Both the position numbers and the translations under genes were made by a program. The notes beneath the pieces are model-generated. The model was not told the origin of the DNA, ran no database searches, and saw only the letters and a list, made by a program, of their open reading frames with translations. A stretch of 64,000 bases of DNA from a bacterium (GTDB taxonomy: Bacteria; UBA10199; 2-02-FULL-50-16; JAJFLM01): contig CBDCFN010000016.1 of NCBI GenBank assembly GCA_965216315.1, positions 1,984,001 through 2,048,000 on the forward strand. The letters are read 5' to 3'. This document shows, piece after piece, positions 1-9,800 of this stretch. How positions within the stretch are numbered: position 1 is the stretch's first letter; each line of letters opens with the position of its first letter.

Positions 1-2
1 AA

Positions 3-173
3 CAGTTTCTGGCTAATATCAAAGACCAGAAAGCTAAAAAACTGGTAGTTCGATCGGCACTATACGAAATTTATGGGAAAAAGGTTCTTCTGAATATTAA
101 GGACATGAAGGATTTAAAGATCTTTTCTGAAGCAACAAATATACCCATTAAATTCATTTTCAACTATCTTTAA
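3..173 (+). CDS. 3' end of a hypothetical protein running in from the left edge
   Basis: Open frame from base 3 (QFLANIKDQKAKK...FIFNYL) to TAA at 171-173; AT-rich like the rest of the island. Confidence 0.55.
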   Translation, partial: QFLANIKDQKAKKLVVRSALYEIYGKKVLLNIKDMKDLKIFSEATNIPIKFIFNYL

Positions 174-238
174 CATCTGACGATGCACTGATATGCGCAT
201 AATAAATATACGGTGCATTGTAGTAGATACTGTGCGCT

Positions 239-3200
239 TTAGTTGTATTTCTTGAATTTGCACTGCTTGGCACCAATAAGCTTTGACCTACTGTTGAGCA
301 TAAATGCTCCGCTGATATTCAATCTTCCCAATGCACCACCACCGAGATAGCCACTGCCAAACAAGTGCTTTTCGCCGAGAAGAGTCCAAATAATTGAATA
401 ACCATTTTTCTTAAGATAGTTGTGTAATACAGACTTATTAATAAGAATTGACCGAGGCATAGAATCACTAAAAACATTCGGGTCGAAAGCTATTAGTTTT
501 TTACCGGCACTGTAGAAGCGGCCATCAGTATAATGTTGTCTTATTCGTAATTTATCTATTAACCATTTCGCGGGTAGCTTGACTCGGATCGATTCGCTTG
601 TTGAACAATCAATCGATGAACCACTACTAAGATATGCGTCATCCGTTACTAATATCTTAGCAGGCATTAATTTGTCACTTGGAGCGGTCGTCCAACCTTC
701 ATGGTGATAATATGGAATGTAATAGTATAAGAATGGATGCGCCCAAGGATACTCACCCAGGAAAACTCTATAAAACTCATGAGATTCAGGCATCCACCTA
801 CCCATGAAATCTTGCTTCTTTGCCCATAAATAAAATTTCTTCGCATCCCTCTTCTTAACAATATAGCTCTTTATCATATACCAAATTGTTCTTGTGGGTG
901 TCTGATATTTATCTTTCTCTGGGGCGATCTCATTTTGCCACTGAATATGACTTTCGAGCGCAAGCCAACTAACGTGATTATCATCAGATGTTTCAATAAG
1001 GCTAAGGGGATCTGGCAAATCATTTTTGCTCTTTATCCATGTCGCATCAGATGCTCTTTTCTTCCAAGATTTGTGAATAGTGGTGTGTTGGTATAGCCCT
1101 AGATTAGGAACACCTTCAGGCTTAGAGTTTGGTGGATCTTTTAATATGCAAGATGGGTCAATATCCCTAACACTCAACTGCCAGGGTCCTTGATAAGGGC
1201 CATAGCGATCGGGCCACCGTTCTATTTTAAACTCGAAATTATCTCCAATCCGTGCCAATAGCTCATGAAAAGCAATCCACTGATATTTTTTTCCTAATCT
1301 TTCAGCTTTCTGCTCTGACTGACTTACTCGATAATAATTGACGCGTCTGTCGAAATCACTGTGTAGTTCGTTTTTCAATCCAAACTGCATAACTCGATGA
1401 ACTAACCATCTCTGAGCTAATGCCGCATCAAATTCATCAAGTGAATCACTTATATTTCCATGATCATCAATATACGGCTTAAATTCTCTTTCAAAAAATG
1501 ATCTTTTTGGCTGCTGCAAAGATTCAATGAATTTTCTCCAAGCAGCTTTTCTCTCTTTATAGTATTGTTTTAGTTTTTCCTTAGTGTCACTATCATCGTT
1601 ACCATAGACAATGAGTGGAATACTCACAATGCTTGAAGGGCTTGTAATTTGTCTATATAAACGCCTTTGCTGCTTATTTAATTTTTTAATAAATTGCTGA
1701 TATTGTTCCCTCCTGCTCGCACCTCGAGACATAAGAGGTCGGCTTGACCAGCAATTAAGTGTTGAATTAAGCTCATATCGTCCAAAGTCGCCAAACATGA
1801 CAGATGACCATACTTGACGTAATGCTCCATCGTCGGCTGTACACCTTAACTTTAGTCTATCTGCAGTCGGAACTCTTTTTGGCCATTTGCTGTTATACGG
1901 AGGCGCTATTTTCTTCTTACTAACACGTAATTTAAGCTTATTCTTTAAGGCGCATTCAATAATTCCCCGTGCATAATCGCGTAATAGAATTTGTACTGGT
2001 GGCTTGTTATCCTCAAAAATACTTTTATATACCCAGCTAGCTAAGGCCTTGAGCGCCTTTTTGTCGCCTTGGGACCGCAAGGCACAACCATACGCTATAG
2101 CGTAAATCCGCTCTGCGACATACATATCATTAACATTCTGAAACCCTCTCAGTAATCTCAGTACAATATTTAAGCGATTCGTTAAAATTGCAATGAGTGC
2201 CTTTGTACTTTTGTCTCTTAAAAATCTATTAGACGTTGTTAGGAACCATGATAATGTAATTGCACATAACTCTGCAGATTCATCGCTCAAATGGGATTTA
2301 TCGTACTCGGACCAAGCCCATGTAACAAGTCGATCGACAGCTTCCTTATTGCCATATTCGTCATGCAAATATATTGACCACCACGAATCACGATTAGCCA
2401 TTGAATACTTAAATAGGTGGCCATGAAGATAATACGCATTGAATGGATGTTCTGGTATAGGTGCAACAGACAGAAAAGCATTAAGTAGTAAAGTGTGGCC
2501 TCTCTCTGATCTAATTATATGGGTATTTATGAGCCTTATTGTATTTTGAAGACTATGCGAGAAGGCAGTAGGCTTTCGCCATATAATACTTTCGATAAAA
2601 GCTTCCTCAGCAAGCTGTAATTGATAGTGACCCTTTAAGAGATAAGGGGCGACCTCTATAAATTCACTTCCTTTTAAATGCTCTGGGCACTGTATTGATA
2701 ATGTTTCAATTATGCCCCGCCCTAGAGGTTGTGAAATAAATTTACCGAGCTTTCTACGTTTTGAAAAAAATCTTTTAGCAGTATTGATATTCTTATTGCC
2801 TTTTCCAAATTCTGATTCATACTCCTTGAAAATGTACCTACCAATTAAATGATCACTAAATTTCTGAAAAGGGAATCTATATTCGAATCCACTGTCGGAA
2901 TCCCCTCCACTCGTATATTTTGGGACTTTGACTAACAATAACTGCTTTTCCAACGCGCTAATTAAAGCATTGCAATCAACCGTGGGGTATGCATTTGCAA
3001 CTATTCTGATAAGCTCTTTGTCTGTAATTCTATCTGAGCGTCGTGAAACCATATCATGAGCTATTTGCTCAATAATGGTATCCCATATGACATAGTCACC
3101 TTTTTTATTTCTGCCTTTAGGTAGTGCGAATTGCTTAACAATATTCCTGCTAGCGAATTTAATGAAATTCTCAAAAATATAAGTAGCACCTTCATGGCCT

Positions 3201-4393
3201 CGAAATACCGGCTTTTGACCAGTTGTTTTCTTTCCACTGGGCTTAGTTCGGCTTTCGTAGGCTTTGCAAAATAATAGCAAGAATAGGGGGTTGCGGAATT
3301 CTGGCGCAAGCAATGGGACTTCTGGAAGAGGCAAATTGAATTCATTGAAAAATTTGTTTACGGCCTCCCACTCACGGAATTCAAAGCCATGATGTTCAGC
3401 AAAAACAAATTGTTTCATTTGCGTATTACTGAGAGTGTCATGCTCAAAGCCTGTCCTTACACTAATAGCTAATGCAATACATGGATATCTCTTAAGCGTA
3501 TCAATGAACTTTTTAAGCTTGCGCTTCCAAATTTTCGGATGATGCGTTTCGTTCAGCGCATCTATAACTATGAGGGAGCGGACACCTGTTTCTCGTCCAG
3601 CCTGATTTAGTAATTTAAACAATCCATTAGATGTCAGCACACCTTTCAATCCGATCTGGTGTATTATTTGGTCAGCTAAATCAGCGCTATCTGTAAAATA
3701 CTCTCCAAACGTCACTACTGTTGGAAGATGTTGTTGTCTCTTGATGCGCGTTTCCACCACGTCACATAAAAGATGTGTTTTTCCAGTGCCCGCTAAACCC
3801 GTTAATAATAGAAATGGCTTATTTGATAGTTTGGCAGAAACGCTGAGCGAAAACTCTTCAAAATTCCTAATCTCTTGTTGAGTTTTATATAGATATTCTA
3901 TGTCTGCCTTAATTCGGCTCAAGTACGATTCAAGTTCAGTATTTTTCTTAGTTTCTCTTGTTTTCCTATCGATGACCGATTTTTCATCTTCTAATAGTCT
4001 AACCAGCTTTCGACACAATGGTATTGCCTTTTTGCTGCGAGAACTAATAGACGGCCACGGAATTATCCTCGTATTAAATTCTTTTATTTTACTGAGCAAT
4101 GTCAGGAGAGCTGAGACTTCTCTTTTCAAGTTTCTGTAGGCGCTATCTATCTTTTTCTTCTTATGTTTATTAGATATTCGGTTAAAGGTTCTTGAGAAAT
4201 CGCCGAAATCCTTTCTAATTGAAGTATAAAATGTTTCTGTTCTTGCTATTCCATCAAATATTTGGGCAATCGGTACTTTAATGTTTAATTTAGGCGTATA
4301 CCGAGGGCCGGCTTTCTTCAGAACTTTCTCTAGGTGAGAATGAAGCCATTTTTTGTCGAGGAAGAGATTCTTAACCATATTTCGTGAGTGCAA
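239..4393 (-). CDS. Avs2-like (AVAST type 2) STAND NTPase anti-phage protein, apparently lacking the N-terminal effector; start may be ATG at 4378
   Basis: Walker A GLAGTGKT (~aa 199), Walker B LIVIDALNE, NPLFL motif, and RDSWWS, ERLGKKYQWIAFHE and RDIDPS motifs I recognise from Avs2-type proteins. Confidence 0.8.
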   Translation of the reverse strand: MHSRNMVKNLFLDKKWLHSHLEKVLKKAGPRYTPKLNIKVPIAQIFDGIARTETFYTSIRKDFGDFSRTFNRISNKHKKKKIDSAYRNLKREVSALLTLLSKIKEFNTRIIPWPSISSRSKKAIPLCRKLVRLLEDEKSVIDRKTRETKKNTELESYLSRIKADIEYLYKTQQEIRNFEEFSLSVSAKLSNKPFLLLTGLAGTGKTHLLCDVVETRIKRQQHLPTVVTFGEYFTDSADLADQIIHQIGLKGVLTSNGLFKLLNQAGRETGVRSLIVIDALNETHHPKIWKRKLKKFIDTLKRYPCIALAISVRTGFEHDTLSNTQMKQFVFAEHHGFEFREWEAVNKFFNEFNLPLPEVPLLAPEFRNPLFLLLFCKAYESRTKPSGKKTTGQKPVFRGHEGATYIFENFIKFASRNIVKQFALPKGRNKKGDYVIWDTIIEQIAHDMVSRRSDRITDKELIRIVANAYPTVDCNALISALEKQLLLVKVPKYTSGGDSDSGFEYRFPFQKFSDHLIGRYIFKEYESEFGKGNKNINTAKRFFSKRRKLGKFISQPLGRGIIETLSIQCPEHLKGSEFIEVAPYLLKGHYQLQLAEEAFIESIIWRKPTAFSHSLQNTIRLINTHIIRSERGHTLLLNAFLSVAPIPEHPFNAYYLHGHLFKYSMANRDSWWSIYLHDEYGNKEAVDRLVTWAWSEYDKSHLSDESAELCAITLSWFLTTSNRFLRDKSTKALIAILTNRLNIVLRLLRGFQNVNDMYVAERIYAIAYGCALRSQGDKKALKALASWVYKSIFEDNKPPVQILLRDYARGIIECALKNKLKLRVSKKKIAPPYNSKWPKRVPTADRLKLRCTADDGALRQVWSSVMFGDFGRYELNSTLNCWSSRPLMSRGASRREQYQQFIKKLNKQQRRLYRQITSPSSIVSIPLIVYGNDDSDTKEKLKQYYKERKAAWRKFIESLQQPKRSFFEREFKPYIDDHGNISDSLDEFDAALAQRWLVHRVMQFGLKNELHSDFDRRVNYYRVSQSEQKAERLGKKYQWIAFHELLARIGDNFEFKIERWPDRYGPYQGPWQLSVRDIDPSCILKDPPNSKPEGVPNLGLYQHTTIHKSWKKRASDATWIKSKNDLPDPLSLIETSDDNHVSWLALESHIQWQNEIAPEKDKYQTPTRTIWYMIKSYIVKKRDAKKFYLWAKKQDFMGRWMPESHEFYRVFLGEYPWAHPFLYYYIPYYHHEGWTTAPSDKLMPAKILVTDDAYLSSGSSIDCSTSESIRVKLPAKWLIDKLRIRQHYTDGRFYSAGKKLIAFDPNVFSDSMPRSILINKSVLHNYLKKNGYSIIWTLLGEKHLFGSGYLGGGALGRLNISGAFMLNSRSKLIGAKQCKFKKYN

Positions 4394-4440
4394 GAGTATA
4401 TTTTAATCATACCGAACAACAGGGAAAACATTTATCCAAT

Positions 4441-4760
4441 GTAGTGCTTGCCGCGGGCCCGATTCGGGGGTGCGGGGGGAGAAGCGGGCCCGCGGCCCCG
4501 GCTTCAAGTGGCGTCTTTCAATCTATGGCGAGGCCTGGAGTCAAGCGACGGCCCACTGGGACCGTGGGCGGTGCAGGCCGAATGCCTGAGCGCCCGGCCT
4601 GCGTAGCCTTGGCGAAGCAGGCTAGCGAAGGCATGAGGCTTGCTCAGCCAATTTAGGGCACGCGGGGCTGCACAAGCCGTGACGAGCGCGTGGCGGGAAG
4701 GTGCCTGTGGACGAGGCATTTAGTGACCGCTCGGCGCGGCTTTTGCAGCAAGTGGCCTCG
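4441..4760. repeat. GC-rich palindrome-rich non-coding block inside the AT-rich island
   Basis: GCCGCGGGCCCG (4449-4460) / CGGGCCCGCGGC (4485-4496) inverted pair; CCTGCGTAGCCTTGGCGAAGCAGG REP-like palindrome; abrupt composition change. Confidence 0.5.
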
Positions 4761-4833
4761 TGGTCACGAATTTTCTTGAAACCAAGTTCGAATTTTGATC
4801 CACAGGCACCACAAAATTTGCGCAGCCAATTTT

Positions 4834-4910
4834 GTCCCTATATTCCATATACGATATGCGCCATGGCGCAAATTTTCGTATATAGAATATCGTATAGGGT
4901 ATATGGGGAC
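4834..4910. promoter_or_regulatory. Long imperfect inverted repeat (protein-binding or recombination site candidate)
   Basis: ATATTCCATATACGA (4840-4854) and TCGTATATAGAATAT (4876-4890) are inverted with 1 mismatch around the perfect palindrome TGCGCCATGGCGCA (4857-4870). Confidence 0.5.
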
Positions 4911-5207
4911 TTATTGCTGACTTTGAATCAACAAAGTAACAATATAATCCTGCGATTGCCTGCTTTCCAATATGGAAGATAAACATAAACAATATCTCGA
5001 ACGTATGTATCCGTTACGGAGCACTAAAAGATAATAATACAAAGATGGGAGATATTGTCCGTATATATCACAAAAATGTTAGTGAGCCCACAAAAGACAG
5101 AAATCGAATAACAGAATAGATATTCAATTAACCTATGATCATGCGGGCCGTATGATATCAGGGATGTGATTCGCAGGCGAGTTAACCAGCGGACTCACAT
5201 CTGGGGG

Positions 5208-5519
5208 TCAGTAGGCTTTTGAAGCTGCCTCTTGCTCTCTAATACGTGTAGTCATAATGTTATTCAAGAGCATTTTATCCTGCTTCTGTAGATCCGGAAA
5301 TCTTAGCTTCATTCTCATTTCATTAAGAGTCTTTTTATCTCTCTTCATTAGCAATCCGATAGCTTCATCAAAAAACGAAACGGAACCAACTAATTTTCCG
5401 CCAAACTGTATCTCGATTCTTGGCTGATCCCAATTGTCATTAATCAGAGTTCGTATCTTTTTTCCAGCTTCACGAGAAATGATATCTTCACCGCAAATTT
5501 CTGGGACATTAATTATCAT
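5208..5519 (-). CDS. DUF4325 / STAS-like domain protein
   Basis: SREAGKKIR...IQFGGKLVGSVSFFDEAIG pattern typical of DUF4325; start at MIINVP overlaps the end of the upstream gene. Confidence 0.8.
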   Translation of the reverse strand: MIINVPEICGEDIISREAGKKIRTLINDNWDQPRIEIQFGGKLVGSVSFFDEAIGLLMKRDKKTLNEMRMKLRFPDLQKQDKMLLNNIMTTRIREQEAASKAY

Positions 5520-6390
5520 TGAAAATTCCTTCTTCTTCTCTGAGAATATCATAATAACTTTCACCATCTAAATTAATCTGAAAATCTACGCACGTTCCCA
5601 TAAACGATTTTTGAGCTTTTTTGTAATCGTATTCGCTGCGATCATATTTCAGTGCAATTTTTGCCTTGCCTGAAAAAATGTATAGTCTTCCTGAATTGTG
5701 TCTGAGAGCTTCTTGTATTATTTGATAGCCTCGACCACCTTCTATTTCATCTCTTGTTGTTAAGCTTTCTTTCAATAGGCGCTGGATTGCATCCTTGTCA
5801 GTTCCTAAGTCCTCATATCGCGTACGTAGTTTATATGGTATTCCAACTCCAAAATCTAAAAAAGCTATGTGCATGTTATGAGATCGTCCCCAAGAACCAA
5901 CGCAGGCATAACAAGTACGCTCTCCACTATGGTCTAATGTATTTGTGAGTAACTCTGTAAGAATGAGTCGTGCCATATCTTTGAGGTCTGGGGTGAATCT
6001 AGGAGCGTTCGCGGCTATTATAGCAAGCATGTCATCTAGAGACATAGTATTGTAACTGTCGAGCCTCCGAAGTTGGCACATCTTCTCAGTTACCATAATG
6101 CTTTGAGGGCCATCTGGTTTACTAAGATACCTTATAGCCCGCAATGCATTTTGGGCGCGCCTGGCCGAAGGCAAAGTTATTCTTATTTTATTGTTTCTGC
6201 CCCACGCTAAATCTGTCAGGCCACATAAGAAACATACGGAAAGTGCGCTAACTTCAGTAGTTCTCTTGAGGTCGAAGTGAACTATTGAATTTTCTATGCC
6301 GCGCACTTTACGGACTGCCGCCAATAAGGAATCAATGTAGGCCACCGTCAGCTGTTTGGGGAAAGGAATGTCGATAGTGCCGGGGATCAT
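5509..6390 (-). CDS. STAS-like + GHKL/HATPase_c ATP-binding protein (anti-sigma kinase-like)
   Basis: N box ELLTNTLDHS, G1 box DFGVGIP, G2 box GGRGY; N-terminal STAS-like segment. Confidence 0.8.
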   Translation of the reverse strand: MIPGTIDIPFPKQLTVAYIDSLLAAVRKVRGIENSIVHFDLKRTTEVSALSVCFLCGLTDLAWGRNNKIRITLPSARRAQNALRAIRYLSKPDGPQSIMVTEKMCQLRRLDSYNTMSLDDMLAIIAANAPRFTPDLKDMARLILTELLTNTLDHSGERTCYACVGSWGRSHNMHIAFLDFGVGIPYKLRTRYEDLGTDKDAIQRLLKESLTTRDEIEGGRGYQIIQEALRHNSGRLYIFSGKAKIALKYDRSEYDYKKAQKSFMGTCVDFQINLDGESYYDILREEEGIFNDN

Positions 6391-6519
6391 AGATGTAACC
6401 TACTGAAATATATAGACTATGTAAATCAATAATTGCAGATAATTATATATAACATCATAATAGGTGTTTAAATTCATATACTTATGAATAATTTAAATCC
6501 CCGGCATCAAGGGGGCTGG

Positions 6520-6652
6520 CATCATGAGCTGCGCTTCTATCAATCAGCCTGGCAAGCGGAAGTAATATCGTTTCAGAAGCCATAGTAGTTGAAGTTACGG
6601 CACTCCCACGGCACTGGCTAATTTTTTCTTGAGTAATTTCTTTTGCTTACGC
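6520..6652 (-). pseudogene. Possible degenerate XRE-family HTH remnant
   Basis: Minus strand reads RKQKKL(TQEK)LASAVGV if two compensating frameshifts are allowed, then a stop; no intact ORF. Confidence 0.2.
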
Positions 6653-6777
6653 CGATCCGCGGAGGATTCGACGAGCCTTTCGCAGAAGGCGAAAATTTCC
6701 ACCGTGCGATTGCCAAAATAGGCAATCGCATCCTCACGAAGCGGTGAGGACGAGCAAATCCCCCCCCCACCTCCACT
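6652..6777 (+). mobile_element. Putative island boundary: hairpin cluster followed by a tmRNA/tRNA 3'-end-like att sequence
   Basis: CAAATCCCCCCCCCACCTCCACT (6755-6777) resembles an ssrA/tRNA 3' end; preceded by hairpins TGCGATTGCC/GGCAATCGCA (6705-6730) and TCCTCAC/GTGAGGA (6731-6750); composition shifts here. Confidence 0.45.
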
Positions 6778-6842
6778 ATTCAGTGTGCGTCCAAGAGGCG
6801 ATCCAACTTGCCTTGAATGGTCGGCATCTCCCGGTCGAATTA

Positions 6843-9800
6843 TTATTTAATGCGTGCGGCAAGGGATTGGCGCTTGCGAAGCGTTCCCAGGACAAGGAGA
6901 CAGAGAGCCAGTACAGCCCATGGCAGCCCCGCGTTCACTCTTTCCGCAAATGAAGCGCTTGTTAAGCTACAACTGGAGGAGCCGCCGCCGCCCTCCACTT
7001 CTAAACAATCAAAGAAACCGTCGCGGGGAGCACTGACATCCACTACGAGATGCTCGCATCGATCACATGCACCCAATTCAACTCTCTGGGGATCATCAGG
7101 GCAGTCGTCATTGCAGTCCAGTACGCCGTCACCGTCGCTGTCGACATCGTCGGTCTTATCCGGATCGTCGGGGCACTGGTCAACTTGCTCCAGACCGGTC
7201 TCCAGGCAGTCGGTGATGCCGTTCTGGTTTTCATCCAGGTCCGCTTCGCCGCAACCGCAGTCGCCCTCCTCCGTCTTGTTCGGATCATCAGGACACTCGT
7301 CATTGCAGTCCAGCACGCCGTCTCCGTCGGAGTCGACATCGAAATCCTTTTCCGGGTCCGTGGGACAGAAATCCTCGCTGCCGTCCGAGGGCATGCAGTC
7401 AGTATCACATCCGTCACCATCGACGCCATTGGCGTCGTCGCACTGCTCGACGCCGGACTGCACAAAACCGTCGCCGCAAAAAGCGGAGGTACAGTCGGGC
7501 AGACACTTATTATAGAACTGATTGGCAACGCCGTTGTCGCATTCCTCGCCCGGACCGACGATGCTGTCACCACAGAACGCCTGGGTACAGTTGTTCGTGC
7601 AACTGTTGCTATTGTCGTTGTCACCGTCGTCGCATTCTTCCGAGCCCTCGGGAATGCCGTTCCCGCAGCTGCCACCTTCAAGCTCGCAGTTTGCACAGAT
7701 CAGCCCTAAGGCGGCATAATCAACACCGTCTTCAGGATCGCATTCCTCGCCCGCTGCAATCTGCACGATACCGTCGCCGCACACGGCCTCGATGCATTCG
7801 TCACTGCAGGAGTCGTCGTTGACGCCGTTGCCGTCGTCACATTCTTCCACGCCGTCACCGGTCAACTGGACCACGCCGTCGCCGCAAATGTTCTCTGAAC
7901 AATCGTTCTTGCAGCTGTCATGGGGATCGGTATTGCCATCATCGCAGTCTTCACCGGCCTGCGGGACGCCGTCACCACATGATGGTTTTTCACACGTGTT
8001 GCTGCATTCATCGTCATCGGTGTCGTTACCGTCGTCACATTCCTCGCCGAGCGTGGCCTGTGTAATGCCGTCACCACATTCCTCGATCACGCATGTACTA
8101 CTGCAACCATCGAGCGAGTTATTGTTTGCGTCATCACACTCTTCGCCGTCGTCGAGATTGCCATCACCACAGCGTGCCTCGATTTCGCATGATTCGGAAC
8201 ACCCATCGCCATTGCTGTTGTTCCCGTCGTCGCAGTCCTCGGTACCGAACTGGACGAAGCCATCGCCACATGCGGCATTCAAACAACTCGTTGTACATCC
8301 GTCGTTGGGATTGACATTGCCGTCGTCGCATACCTCCGTGCCTTCGACGACGCCGTTTCCGCAGCGGGGCTCGACAATGCAGATATCGGAACATCCGTCG
8401 CCGCTCGACTGGTTGCCGTCATCACACTCTTCGCCGTCGTTCGGATCTAAAATGCCGTCACCACAACGCTGGTTGATGCAGCCCGGGCGGCAGCTGGCGT
8501 CGGGGTCGGTGCTGTTGCCGGCGCCGTTGTCACAATCCTCGCCGGGATCCGTGTTGCCGTCGCCGCAGAACGGGGCGATCACATGGCAGATCGCGTCGCA
8601 GTTGCCGGAATTCGGCGGTTCGCATTCTTCGCCCAGGAGCGGCTGGATGGAACCATCACCGCAGGATTCGGCGACACAGGTATCGGAACACCCGTCGCCA
8701 CTCGATTGGTTGCCGTCATCACATTCTTCACCGGCAACAGAATCTCGAATGCCGTCACCACAACGGGATAACACGCAACCCGGTCGGCAATTGGCATCGG
8801 GATCGTTGCTATTGGCCGCACCGTCATCGCATTCCTCACCGGGGTCCGGGTTGCCGTCGCCACAGAAAGGGGCAATAAGCTGGCAGGCCGCGTCACAGTC
8901 ATCGACCGAGGGGGGTTCGCACTGTTCGCCCAAGAGCGGCTGGATGGAACCATCGCCGCAGGATTCAGCGACACAGGTATCGGAACAGCCGTCCCCGCTC
9001 GACTGGTTGCCGTCATCACACTCTTCGCCGTCGTTCGGATCTAAAATGCCGTCACCACAACGCTGGTTGACGCAACCCGGGCGGCAGGTCGCGTCGGGGT
9101 CGGTGCTGTTGCCGGCGCCGTCGTCACATTCTTCGCCGGGATCCGTGTTGCCGTCTCCACAGAACGGGGCAATCACATGGCAGATCGCGTCGCAGTTGCC
9201 TGAATTCGGCGGTTCGCATTCTTCGCCCAGGAGCGGCTGGATGGAACCATCACCGCAGGATTCGGCGACACAGGTATCGGAACACCCGTCGCCACTCGAC
9301 TGGTTCCCGTCATCACAATCTTCTCCGCTCTGCTGAATGCCATCGCCGCAACGCTCCTCGCGGCAGAGATGACTGCAGCCGTCATTATCATCCAAGTCGC
9401 CGTCGTCGCATTCCTCGCTGGGCTGCTGAATGTTATCGCCACAGGCTTCCAGCTGACAGGTCGCCGAACAGCCGTCGTTGTCCGACTGGTTGCCGTCGTC
9501 GCACTCTTCATCATCGCCGCCACCGATCGTATTATCAGCACCGTCGGGGTCGAGAACACCGTCGCCGCAGCGCTCTTCACGACATAAATGATTGCAACCG
9601 TCACCGTCGATGAGGTTGTTGTCGTCGCACTCTTCACTGGGTTGCTGGATACCGTCACCACACGCTTCCAGTTTGCAGTTAGCATCGCAGCCGTCACCAT
9701 TGGACTGGGCGCCGTCGTCGCATTCCTCGTTATCGTCGAGCGTAGTGATGTCATTATCAATACCGTTTAGATCAAGAACCCCATCCCCGCAGCGCTCGGG

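Noticed and set aside
4384..4992. Four short ORFs over the GC-rich and palindromic blocks
   Set aside because: Mutually overlapping, no recognisable motifs; better explained as non-coding structure.
6755..6777. Complete tRNA or tmRNA gene
   Set aside because: Only a 3'-end-like fragment is present; no cloverleaf or 5' half could be built.
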